The notes under the pieces were generated by a model that saw nothing but the letters and a program-made list of their open reading frames with translations, made no database searches and was not told where the DNA came from. This document shows, one piece after another, positions 10,689 to 21,729 of a stretch of DNA of 64,000 nucleotides. The DNA is taken from positions 930,001 to 994,000 of the forward strand of contig JABVCE010000003.1 of the NCBI GenBank assembly GCA_014905635.1, written 5' to 3'. A program made the translations under genes and the position numbers. Source of the DNA: Scenedesmus sp. PABB004 (Eukaryota). Position 1 is the first letter of the stretch; every line of letters begins with the position of its first letter.

Positions 10689-10990
10689 GCCTCGGCCCCA
10701 GCAGCATCGGTCAGCCCAGCCAGCAGCCGGCCGACGCCAGCACCGGCGACGGCGGCAACAACAGCCAGGGCAGCGACAGCCAGAACGACGGCAACCAGGG
10801 CAACGACGACCAGCAGCAGCAGCGCTCGTTCTGGGGCGGCGGCAAGCCATTCTGGGCCACCTGGGGCAGGCGCTGGGGCGGCGACAGCGGCAGGGCAGCC
10901 AACGCGGGCAACGAGGGGGCGCGCGAGAGCAACAACAAGGGCGGCGGCGGCGGCGGGCTCCAGAGCTTCGGCCAGCTGTTTGCCAAGTGA
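9731..10990 (+). CDS. Secreted expansin-like DPBB protein, copy 2, with a Gln/Asn/Gly/Trp-rich C-terminal extension
   Basis: Same 5-exon structure as copy 1 (WTYGRITFYD..GAC; TCIEVAC..VRVKIVD; NYYSNKRWCCGDMAHIDM). The last exon continues ...QQQRSFWGGGKPFWATWGRRWGG...FGQLFAK to the stop at 10990. Confidence 0.88.
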
Positions 10991-11539
10991 GTGGGAGCCG
11001 GCTGGCTGGCTGCACAGCTGCTGCCACCTGGCACCCGCGCGCGCGCCGCCTTGCGAACGCGCGCGTCGTGCCGCTTTCGCAGGGGCTGGATGGGGCAGCA
11101 CTGATGCACCAGACATCACTGATCTCTCTGGCTCTGGGTCCGGGCTGCGCGCTGCTGGGTCCCTGGCTCCTGCACAACTGACTGGCTGACCGACGTCGCC
11201 AGCGATCGCTGCGCGCGCGGCGCGCCGCACCTGCTGACCGCAGCGCTTGGGCGTGTGACGCCTTGCTGACTGCGTGCTGTGCATGACTTTGCTGTGACCG
11301 CGCGGCGGATCGGCCGCCCTGCATCAGCGGCCTGCGACGGGTGCTGTGTGCTGACCAGGGAGACATGCTGCGTGACCGTTTGCATTTTTGCCGCTGCGCT
11401 GTGCGGGGGGCCCAGATCGCATGCGGCGGTGAGCGCCTGTGGTTACTGCGACCGCAACTCAACCGCAACAACACACTCGCGCCGCCTGCCTCTCGAGCAC
11501 GCAGCCAGCCGTCGCCGGCGCGCCGCTCGCGTCAGCAGC

Positions 11540-12893
11540 TCACAGCGGCGGCGCGGCCTCGAAGCGGACTGCGTGACGCGCGCGGGGCGGGCAGCACGGG
11601 CGCGGCGCTGGCGTGCCTGCGCAGCGGGCCGGGGGCCAGCGGCGGGGAGCCGGCGCGGCGCGCACCGAGGTCTCGCAGGAAGTCCAGCGGCGCGACGCTC
11701 GCGTTGGCCACGATGTTCAGCGGCGGCGTGTTGGGAGCCCATGGATGAGGACTGTGGTCGCGACGGCGGCGGCGCGTCGGCCGCTGGCCGGCTGTGCGCG
11801 CCCAAGGCGGCGGCGCTCGCGCGGGCCTGCGCGCGCGCGCGCGGGGCCGCACCGGCTGGGCGCGTGCAGCTTGGACGCCTCCCAGAGCCGCCCGAGCTGC
11901 ATCAGGTGCTCGCTCGTCTGCCCCGCCGCCGCGAACCTCGGCAGCAGCTCCTCCTCCTCCTCGCGCATGTGGTGAAGCAGCAGCTGCGGCCGCGGCGGCG
12001 CGGCGGCGCGGCGGCTGTCGGGCGCGGCGGCCCCGGCCCCGCGCGCGCCTGGCGCTGCACAGCAGCACCGCCGCTGCCTTGGCGCGCGCGCGCGCGCCTG
12101 CATGGCCTCCTGCAGGCGCCCATCAAAGTTGGCGAGCGCGGAGACGTCGGTCGGGTCGAGCGCGTCGAGCTGGGCGAGCAGCTCCTTGAGCTGCTGGTGC
12201 TCGGCGAGCAGGTGGTCGGGCGTGAGGTCCCCCAGCGCGTCGCGCAGCGCGGGGTAGAGCACCTGGCGGCGGCGGAGGGCACGGCGCGCGGGCGGGCGGG
12301 CAGGGCGCGCGTGGGATGGGCGCGCACCGCGCGCCCTGCGAGCGGCGGCGCGCCCCAGCGGCCGCGCGCGGCACCTCCTCCTCCTTGGCGCTGTGGATGG
12401 ACACCTCCCGGATGATCGTCCAAGCCAGGAGGCGCTTCTGCGCCGTCTGCGTGCCCGGCAGCCTGCGCGGCGGCGGCGGGGTGGGGTCGCGCGCCGCCGC
12501 GGCGCGCGCGCCAGGCCGGCGCTGCTGCAGGCGGCCCCTCGCGGCTCACTTGTACTGCTCGTACAGCGCGCGCACGCGGTCGTGGTCCTCGCGGACCTGC
12601 GCGGCGCGCGGCGGTGGGGGCGGCATCGGACCGGCCGCGCGGCCGCTGCGGGGCCGGCGCCGGCGCCGCGCGGCGGGTGCGGCGCAGGCAGGCGGCGCGC
12701 GAGCAGTGCGCCGCACCAGCGTGATCACGTCCTTGCTCAGGGCCATGCCCGAGACTGTGGCGGCGCGGCGGCGCGGCGGCGGCGTGCGGGCGTGCGCGCG
12801 CGTGTGCGCGCGCGTGGGCCTGCGTGCGTGCGGCCGCTTACTTGGCGTGATCTTGGTGAGCACAGTCTGCACGGCGTGAGTGAGGAAGGCCAT
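11540..12893 (-). CDS. Hemerythrin (HHE cation-binding) domain protein, multi-exon
   Basis: Spliced motifs VREDHDRVRALY, REVSIHSAKEEEVLYPALR, LAEHQQLKELL, HHMREEEEELLP, PHPWAPNTPP. The last exon VRFEAAPPL ends at the stop at 11540. Confidence 0.88.
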
Positions 12894-13253
12894 CGCTCGG
12901 GCGGCGGCGCGCGGCGCGCGACGAGGGCGGCGTCTCCAGCGCTGAGCGGCGGGGGCGACTGCGGGCGGCTGGGGACGACTGGGGGGCGCCGGGCAGCCCA
13001 CGCAGCCGCCGTCATCGTGCGGGGCGTCGTCGTCGCGCAGCTCAAAACCCGCGCGGCGCGATTCAACGCAGCCCGCGCGATCAACGAGCACCTGCTCTCA
13101 CCCGTGACGGCACGGAACCACACGCGCGCACCCAGCTGCTGCTTCCCCCGCGCCGCGCATTGCGGAGCAGCGCCGCCGCATCGGTCGAACTTTCTTCGCA
13201 GCAGCGCCCTTCTGCCCGTCACCTTGACGCGAGGCAGTGCGTCGTGCGCCACC

Positions 13254-15076
13254 ATGCGAGCGGCCGGCGGCAAGCGGCGCAGCTCGGCCGCGGCCGACGG
13301 CGAGAGCAGCGGCGACGACGGGAACGAGCGGCCTGCCGGCGGGCCAGCCAAGCGTGAGCGGGAGCCTGGGCTGACCTGGTCGCGCATGCGGGATCGCAGG
13401 GCGCAGCGGGCCGAGCGCTGAGCGCCGCTCGCCGCTCGCCGCTCGCCGCTGCTGCGCGCCGGGCGCCGCAGGCGTGCGGGGCCAGAGGCCGGAGTCGCAG
13501 CAGCCACCGCGCGGCGCCGCCGACGCCGACGGCGGCCGCGCGCGGCAGGAGCGCGTGCGCTACAGCCAGGCCGAGGCGGCCGCGGCGACGGACGCGGTGT
13601 GCGCTGCGCTCCGCGGCGCACGCGCGGGGGCGGGCGCCCAGTGCCGCGGAGCCACTCCACCGCGGCTGCGGGCGCGCGCCGCGCACCACGCTGCGCCGCG
13701 CGTGCCGCGCAGATCAAGCGGTATGAGGACGAGGCGGCCGCCGCGCAGGCGAGGGCCACGACGCTGGGCGTGCCGCAGGCGGTGCGTGGCGCCGCCGCGG
13801 CCGCAGCTGCCGCGCCGCGCGGCGCGGCGCACGCAGCCGCCGCTGACGCTGGGCGCCCGGCCGCAGCACATCGACGGCCTGGTGGCCAAGGTGGTGCGGC
13901 ACATGCTGTTCCGCGCCCACGAGAGGCCCGACGTGCCGGTGAACCGCAAAGACCTGGTGGACCTCATGAAGGTGCGCGAGCGCCCCGGGGGGCCGAGTGG
14001 CGAGCAAGGCTGGCCGCTTGCAGGCGCGGCGGCGTGTGCGAGCGCCCCCCCCCCCCCCCCCCTGCCCCCGCGCGCCGCCGCAGGGCGACCACAAGGGCAG
14101 CCGCGCCGCGAAGCAGCTGCCCACGCTGGTCGTCGCGCTCGCGGCCGCGCGGCTGGCGGGCGCGTTTGGGCTGGAGATGCGGGAGCTGAGGCGCGGCGCG
14201 CTCGGCGGCGGCGGGCCGGCCGCGGCCGCGGCGGCGGCAGCAGCGGCAGGCGGCGGCGCGGGCGCGGCCGACGCCGGCAGCGGCGGGCAGCAGATGTATG
14301 TGCTGCGCAGCCTGCTGCCCGCGGCGCTGGTCACGCGGTGCGTGTGCGGCGCGGCCCGCGGCGCCCGCGCTTGGGCGGCAGCGGGCGCGGCAGCGACCCG
14401 GCGCGGGTGTCGCGCGCGGCGGGCCGCCCGCCGCCGCCGCCCACCGCGCCCGCGCCGCGCCGGCGCCGGCGCAGGTACACGCAGGACGCATCTGGCGACG
14501 CGGCGCGGGGGCTGATGACGGCGGTGCTCGGCCTGCTGCAGGTCAACGGCGGCCCGATGGAGGAGGAGGAGCTCTGGCGGCACCTCGCCCGCCTCGGCAC
14601 CGATCGGGACGAGCGCGGCAACGCGTTTGGCCGCGACGGCGCGGCGGGCGTGCTGGCGCACATGGAGCGCGCGCGGTGCGGGGCGCGGCGGGCGCTGCCG
14701 GCACGCGTGCGCGCCGCTGCAGGCGGCGGCAGCCAGCACGCCAGTGCCGGCCGCGCGCCGGCCGCTGCTGCGAGCTGTAGCTGAGGCGGCGCCCGCCGCT
14801 GCCCGCCGCTGCCCGCCGGCCGCAGCTACCTGGTAAAATCGAGCCAGGTTGCGGCGAGCGGCGCGCCGCAAACGCTCTACGGCCCCGGCGAGGCCGCGGG
14901 GGAGGAGTTTGGGCACAAGCTCGGCGCCCTCGTCGACAAGGTGCGCGGCGGGAGGCGTGGGCGGGCGCGCGCGCGGCGTGGGTCAGACACTGACGCTGCC
15001 CCCCCCCCCCTCTCGCCGCGCGCCCCCGCGCCCGCAGTGGCTGGCCAGCGCCGGCCCGGCCGGCGGCGACGAGTGA
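13254..15076 (+). CDS. NSE3: NSE3/MAGE-domain subunit of the SMC5/6 complex, multi-exon
   Basis: MAGE winged-helix segments IDGLVAKVVRHMLF..PVNRKDL, ARLAGAFGLEMREL, MYVLRSLL, GLMTAVLGLLQVNGGPMEEEELWRHLARLG, YLVK, YGPGE. Confidence 0.82.
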
Positions 15077-15110
15077 GCGCGGTGGCGGCGGCGACGAGTG
15101 AGCGCGGTGG
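15061..15110 (+). repeat. Perfect 25-bp tandem duplication spanning the NSE3 stop codon
   Basis: cggcggcgacgagtgagcgcggtgg at 15061-15085 and again at 15086-15110. Confidence 0.9.
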
Positions 15111-15185
15111 CGCCGGTGGCGCAGAGGCGCCGCGGCCGCTGCAGCGCGGGGCGGCGTAACGAGTTGCCGTCGCCGTGGGGCCGTG

Positions 15186-17025
15186 TCAGCGCCCTGGCCC
15201 CAGCGGCAGCTCGCCGTGCGCCGCGAGCCACGCCGCCCACAGCCCCAACCCGAGCGCGGCCTCCGCGCCGAGCCGCGCCGCGGCGGCGGCCGCCGCCGCG
15301 CGCTTCGCGGCGCGCGTGTTTTTGCCGCCGACGAGGTCGCTGAACCGCAGCGCGCCGCCGCCCACGTCGTGCCGCAGCGCGTACACCACGCCGCGCAGGT
15401 GGCCCTTGCCGACGACGCCGACGACGGCCGCCTGGACGGCACCAGCGCGGGCGCGGCCGCCGCGCGGGGAGGGGCGGCGAGGGGAGGGTCAGCCAGGCCG
15501 CGGCGGGCGCCGCGGCGGGCGGCGCGGGCGGCGGCGCGCCGCTGCGCGCGCGCACGGCGCCGTTGACGGCCTTGCTGCGCTTGAGGCTCCACGCCAGGTA
15601 CAGGTCGCGCTCGTGCACCAGCGGCGCAAGCAGCGTCGGGTAGCGCGCGCCCAGCTGGGCGAAGAACGCATTGATCGCGTCGTCCCCGCGCAGCGCCTCG
15701 ACCGCGTCGGCGTCCAGCGCCTGCGCCGCGGCGGCGGCGGCGGCGTCAGGGCGCGGGGCCAACGGGCGCGCGCGGCGCTGTGCGTGCGCGGGCGCGCGTC
15801 ACCTGCGCCTGCGGCGCCAGCCCCGCGAGCAGCAGGTCGCTGAGCAGCTGCGCGCGCTGGCGCCAGCTCAGCGCGGCCCACGCGCGCTCCAGCGTAATCT
15901 CGATCGGCCGGTCGCCGAGCACGAGCGACGCGCCGACCCTGTCCGCGGCGCGCGCCGCCGCGCGGAACTCGGCGCCCGGCGTCGTGTTAAGCCGGTCTGG
16001 CCGCGCGGCGGCACGGCGCGGGCGCGGGGCGGGGCGGCGCGCGTGGACGGCGCGCGTGGGCAGGAGGGCGCCGCCGTGCGCGCTGCCCGCGCCCGGCCGC
16101 GGCGCGTCGGGCGCGCGGCGCTCCCCGGCGGCGCCGCACCTGCCGCCTGGCGCGCCTGGCCGGCGATGAGCAGGCGCAGCAGCAGCCCGCTCTGGCCGCC
16201 CAGGCGGGCGCTGCGTGCGACCGCGGCGAAAAAGTTGTCGCCCGCAAGCGACCACGGGCTCGCCGCCTTGGCCGCCAGCGCCGCCGCCCGGGCGCCGCTG
16301 CTGCTGCCGCGGCCGCTGCCGCTGGCCGCGCCGCCGCTCGCCGCGCGCTCTGCGGCGGCGGCGGCGGCGGCCTCCTCGTCCAGGGAGGCCGCCGCGCTGC
16401 TGCTCGCCGCCGCCTCAACGTCGGACAGCAGCTGCTGCCCCTCCGCCGCCTGCTGCCGCTGCTGCTGCTGCTGCTGCTGCTGCCGCTCCTCGGGCTGGTC
16501 GTCAACATCCGGCGCGCCGAGCACGCCGACGCGGCTCTTGCAGAGCTCGACGACCACGCACTGCGGCGCCACCGCCGCCACGACCGCCGCGACCTCCTCC
16601 GCCGAGCGCGCGGAGACGTGCGCCGTGCCGAGCACGAACACGAGCCCCGGCTCGCGGTAGCCGTCGCGGCGGCGCTCGTACCCCGCAGGTCGCCGCAACG
16701 CGACGAGGTTGCCCGCCTCGACGAGCGGCAGCAGGCTCGGGAAGGCCGACACCACCTCCAGCGTCTCCGGCAGCACGTCGGCTTTGTAGTCATAGCCCGG
16801 CGGCGGACCCTCGACCAGCACGGGCGCACCGCTGCCAGCGGCGCGCGCCGCGAAGCAGCGGCGACCCGGCGCGCCGCCTGTGGCCCGGCCGGCCCCGCCG
16901 CCGGCGCGCTGTGACGACTGCAGGGGACAGGGCCGCCGCGTGCGGGCCGCAGCGGGGGCAGCGGTGCACGGCGGCGGCCGTGCTGCCGCGCCGCGCCGCG
17001 TGCGGTCGGCGGCGGCAGCGCGCAT
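15186..17025 (-). CDS. TraB/PrgY/GumN family protein, probably plastid-targeted
   Basis: Motifs VFVLGTAHVSARSAEEV, VVVELCKSR, PGAEFRAA, VLGDRPIEITLERAW, PLVHERDLYLA and VVGVVGKGHLRGV, with an Arg/Ala-rich N-terminus. The start codon is less certain. Confidence 0.88.
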
Positions 17026-17232
17026 CGTGGGTGCTGGCCGTGCGACGGGCGAGTGCGGGAGCGCGGGCAGCGCGCAAGCCCCTGTCCGCACCGGCGCAAT
17101 GGCATTGGTGCGGACAGGGTTCGGCGCCGCGCACCGCTGCGCCGCGCTGCTCAGCCGACGGCGCCGGCGCCGCCGCAGCGCGCCGAGCTCGCCACAGCAT
17201 CCACCACCCGCGCGATCGTTGAGCCGGCCAGC

Positions 17233-20200
17233 ATGGCGCCCAAGAAGGGCGGCGGGCCGGTGGAGCGGGTGGAGGCGAAGCAAATCCTCACCGCAGTGCT
17301 GCTGGCCGACTCCTTCACGCAGGTGGGCGAACGCGGCGGCGCGGCGGGCGTGCGGTTGGCCGCGATCAGCGCGCGTCCCGGCCGCCGCGGCGCGCGACGG
17401 CCGCGCGGGCGGCCGCCGTCCGCTGCTGCTGCCGCCGCCGCGCGGCGGCGACCGGCCTGCGCGCTGCTGCATCCGGGCGTCGGCGGCTGCCTGCGCGGGC
17501 CCCCAATCATGCTGCGTGCGTGGCGTTCGCGGGCGCCCACCGGCGCCGCCCGGGCCGCCCGCGCGCGCAGCGCTTCCGGCCGATCACGGTCGAGAAGCCG
17601 AAGGTCCTGCTGCCGCTGGTCAACGTGCCGCTGCTCGAGTACACGCTCGAGTGGCTGGCCATGAACAAGGTGGAGGAGGTGAGCCGCCGGCGCAGCAGCC
17701 GCCGCCGCCCCTGTGCGGCGGCGGCGCCGGGTCCTGCGGCGGCGGCCCCGCCCGACCGCGCCGCCGCGGCCGCGCCGCCGGCGCGACGCGTACCGCCGCC
17801 GCAGATCATCGTGTTTTGCTGCGCGCACGCGGACCAGATCAAGGCGCACCTGTCGGAGGGCAAGTGGCTGAAGCAGCGCGCGCCGCGCGTGACGACGGTC
17901 GTGAGCACCAACTGCCTCAGCCTCGGCGAGGCGATGCGCAGCCTCGACCAGAAGGACATCATCAAGAGCACCTTCATCCTCGTGTCAGGTGCGTGTGTGT
18001 GTGTGCATTGTGTGTGCATTGTGTGCGTGCGTTGTGAGTGTGGGCAGCGCGGGCGGCAGCGCGGGCGGGGCCACGAGCGCGCGCCGACCGTGTGTCCGCC
18101 GCCGCCCCGCACCCAGGCGACACGGTGTCCAACATGGACCTGGGCCCCGCACTCGCGGCGCACAAGGAGCGCGCCGAGAAGGACAAGGACGCGATCATGA
18201 CCCTGGTGCGGCACGCGCAGCGCGCACAGCGCGCGCAGCAGGCGCCGCGCGGCCGCCCTGCCGCTCGCTGCCCAGCGCGCCGCGCCCCGCTCGCCGCCGC
18301 GGCTGGCGTCCGCCGCCGTGCGCAGGTGATGAAGCCGACGGAGTCCGCGCACCAGCGGCTGCGCCTCGGCGACACCAACCTGCTCGTCGCGCTCGACCCG
18401 GCGAGCCAGCGGCTGCTCAAGTACCAGGAGCTGGACGGCCCCGCGCCGCCGCCGCCGGGCGGCGCCGCGCACGGGCACGGGCACGGGCACGGCCACGGGC
18501 ACCACCACCACCACCGCCGCGGGCGCGGCGGGCGGTGCTGGAAGCTCGACGCGGCGCTGTGGAGCGAGCGCGACTCGGTGCAGGTGCGCGCGGCGCACGC
18601 CCGCCCGGCCGCCGCGCGCCTCCCTCCGCCGCACGCCGCCGCCGCCGCCGCGCCGACACCGCCGCCGCCCGCCGGCGCCCGCCCGCCCGCCTGCCCACCG
18701 CCCCGTCCGCCGCCGCCGCGGCGGCCGCACAGGTGCGCACCGACCTTCTCGACACGGCGATCGCGATCTGCAGCCCCGAGGTGCTGCTCATGTTCAGCGA
18801 CAACTTTGACTATCAGACGCTCAAGCGCGACTTTGTGTGCGGCACGCTCAGCGAGGAGGAGCTGGGCAAGAAGGTCTACCTATACATACTGCAGGCGCGC
18901 GGCGTCCTGCAAGCGGCGCGCGCCGTGCAGGACGACGCCGCGCGCCGCCGCGCCGCGCGGCGTTCAAACGCGCGGCAACAGCGGCAGCCGCGCCCGGCCG
19001 CCGCCGGCGCCGGCGCCCGGTCCGGCCCCCGACCCGCGCGCCGCCCGCCCGCGCCACGATACCTCGCCAGGGCGAGTACGCGGCGCGCATCCACAGCTTG
19101 CGCAGCTACGATGCCGTGTCGCGCGACCTGCTCGCGCGCTGGGGCTACCCCTTCACGCCCGACACCAACGTCTTCCACAAGGCCGGGCCCTGGGGCCCCA
19201 GCAGCTACCGCTACGCGCGCGGCCACAAGTGAGGCGCCGGCGCGGCGCGGCGCGCGGCGCACGGCGCACGGCGCGGGCGCGGCCGAGTGTTTGGGCCGCC
19301 CGCCGCGCGCGCGCCGCGGCAGGTACCTGGAGAGCGCGACGACGTGCAGCCGCGGCGCGCAGCTGGGGCCGTGCCTCGCGATCGGCGCGGGCACGACGAT
19401 CGCCGACGGCTGCGTGCTGTCGCGCTGCGTGATCGGGCGCGGCTGCACGGTCGGGCGCGACTGCGTGCTCACGGGCTGCTACCTGCAGGACGGCGTCAAG
19501 CTCGGCGACGGCGTGACCGCGGCGCACGCGCTGCTGTGCGAGGGCGTCGTCGTGGGCAGCGGCGCGGTCATCAGCCCGGGCGTCGTGCTCAGCTACGGCT
19601 GCGTCGTGGGCCCGCGCCACACCGTGCCGCCGCACTCGGTCATCTCGCTGTGCAAGCAGCTCAACAGCCAGGCGCGCCGCCGCGCGGCGCTGCGGAGCGG
19701 CGCGGCGCGGCGCCGGGGCGAGCGCGGGCGCGCTCATGCGCCGCGGCCGCCGGCCTGCAGGTGTCGCTGTCGGATGACGAGCTGGAGTACACCAGCGCGG
19801 GGCGCGTCAGCAGCAGCGGCGGCCGGCCGCAGGCGCGGCGCGGCCGGCAGTCGTCGTCGGGCGGCGGCGCGCGCAAGGTGGTGCGCGCGGCAGGGCGGGG
19901 GCGCCGCAGCCGACGCCGCCGCTTCGCCATGGGCGCTGCCGCTCACGCGGTCGCGCTCGCGCGCCGCCGCCGCAGGGCCGCCGGCCGGGCAGCGACTCCA
20001 GCAGCAGCGGCAGCAGCAGCGGCAGCAGCAGCAGCGACAGCGAAGAGAGCAGCAGCAGCAGCGCGTTTGGCGACCTCGGCGACGCGCCCAGCCTGGAGAA
20101 GCCGTCCGAGCTGGCGGTGGAGGCGGCGCGCGCGGCGCAGAGCGCCGTCCTGGGCACGGCGGACAAGGCCGGCCGGGGCGGCGGCGCCGCCAAGGGCGGC

Positions 20201-21677
20201 GCCACGTCTGACATCGGCTTTGCGACGCACCTCGTGGGCGAGGGCGGCGCGGGCTACGCCTGGCCCATGGCGGCCGACGGCTACTGCCTCGCCGCGTCCT
20301 CCATCGCGCCGCCGCCGATGAGGTGCGCGGGCAGCGCGCGTGAGCGCGCGCGCGCGCGGCGGGCCCGCCGCTGCCGGCGGCCTGGGCGCGCACGGGCGCG
20401 GCGCGCGACCGCCGCCGCCGCCGCCGCCGCCGCAGCGTGCTGGACTACAGCTACGGCAGCGACGACGAGGGCGGCGACGGCGGCGGCGGCGGCAGCGACG
20501 AGCCGGGCGGCGAGCGCGGCGCGGCGCGCGGCGACGGCGGCGACGCCGGCGGCGGCGCCGGCGCCGGCGGCCGCGCGGCGCCGCTCGACCCGGAGACCAT
20601 GTTTATGCAGGAGGTGGGCGAGACGTTCCTGCGCTGCGTGAAGGAGCGCTTTGCCGAGACGAACGCGGTCATCGAGCTCAACGGCCTCAAGATCGCGGAG
20701 GACCGCACGTTTGCCGACTGCGCGCGCTACATCTTCACCGCCATGCTCCAGGCACGCGCGGCGCGGCTGTGACCTCCCGCGCAGCGCAGCGCGCGCGCGC
20801 GCCGGGCGCCGGCCCGTGCCGCCGCCGCGCTCACCCCCTGCCGCCGCCGCCGCCGCCGCCGCCACTGGCGCGCAGCTCTGCCTGCCCTGCCCGCCCTGGG
20901 TGTCGCCCGAGTACGCGTCGCTGTTCCCGTCCGACGCGCCGGACAGCGGCACCAAGGACGGCAAGCTCGCGCTGCTGGGCCGCTTCAAGCGCCAGCTGGG
21001 CGAGTGGGGCAACCTGCTGCGCCGCTTCCTGCGCAGCGAGGACGACCAGGCGCGGCCGCGCGGCCGCGCGCGCGGGCGCGCGCTCCGCTGCACGGCACTG
21101 GACGCCGCGCCGCGCTCGGCGAACGGGGCGCCGCCGCCGCCGCCTGCTGCCCGCCGCCGCCCAGGTGGAGCTGCTGCTGACGCTCGAGGAGTTTTGCTCC
21201 GAGGAGGGCGTGTTTGAGGCGCCCGAGGGCGGCGGCGCGCCGAGCGGAGCGGCGGCGGCGCCGAGCGGCGGCGCCGCGTTTGCGCCGCTGTTTGCCAACC
21301 TGCTGCAGCTGCTGTACGACGGCGAGGTCGTGGAGGAGGCGGCGGTCACGAGCTGGGCTGCGGAGAAGGAGCACGCTGACGAGGCGGACAAGGTCTACCT
21401 GCTCAAGGTGACGCGGCGCGGCGCGGGGTTTAGGGCGCGGCGCTCATGGTGTTACTAACAACACTATCGCTTATTCCTTTCACGTTTATTGCGTCTTATT
21501 GTTGTTGTTGTCGGGGGCCGGGGCGGCGCGGCGCGGCGCGGCGCGGCCGCCCCGCCGCCGTCATCGACGCCTGACCGCCGCCGCCGCCGCCGCCGCCGCG
21601 CGCAGTCGGCGGCCTTCCTGGAGTGGCTCAAGACCGCGGACGAGGAGGAGGATGACAGCGAGGCGGAGAGCGAGTAG
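17233..21677 (+). CDS. EIF2B5: Translation initiation factor eIF2B epsilon subunit (about 14 exons)
   Basis: LTAVLLADSFT/RFRPITVEKPKVLLPLVNVPLLEYTLEWL; FILVSGDTVSN; ICSPEVLLMFSDNFDYQ; a left-handed beta-helix exon at 19323-19671; a W2 domain IELNGLKIA...LYDGEVVEE...FLEWLKTADEEEDD. Confidence 0.96.
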
Positions 21678-21729
21678 GCGCGCCGCTGGCCTCCTGCAAC
21701 GCGCGTCCCGCGCGCCGCTGGCTCAGGGC

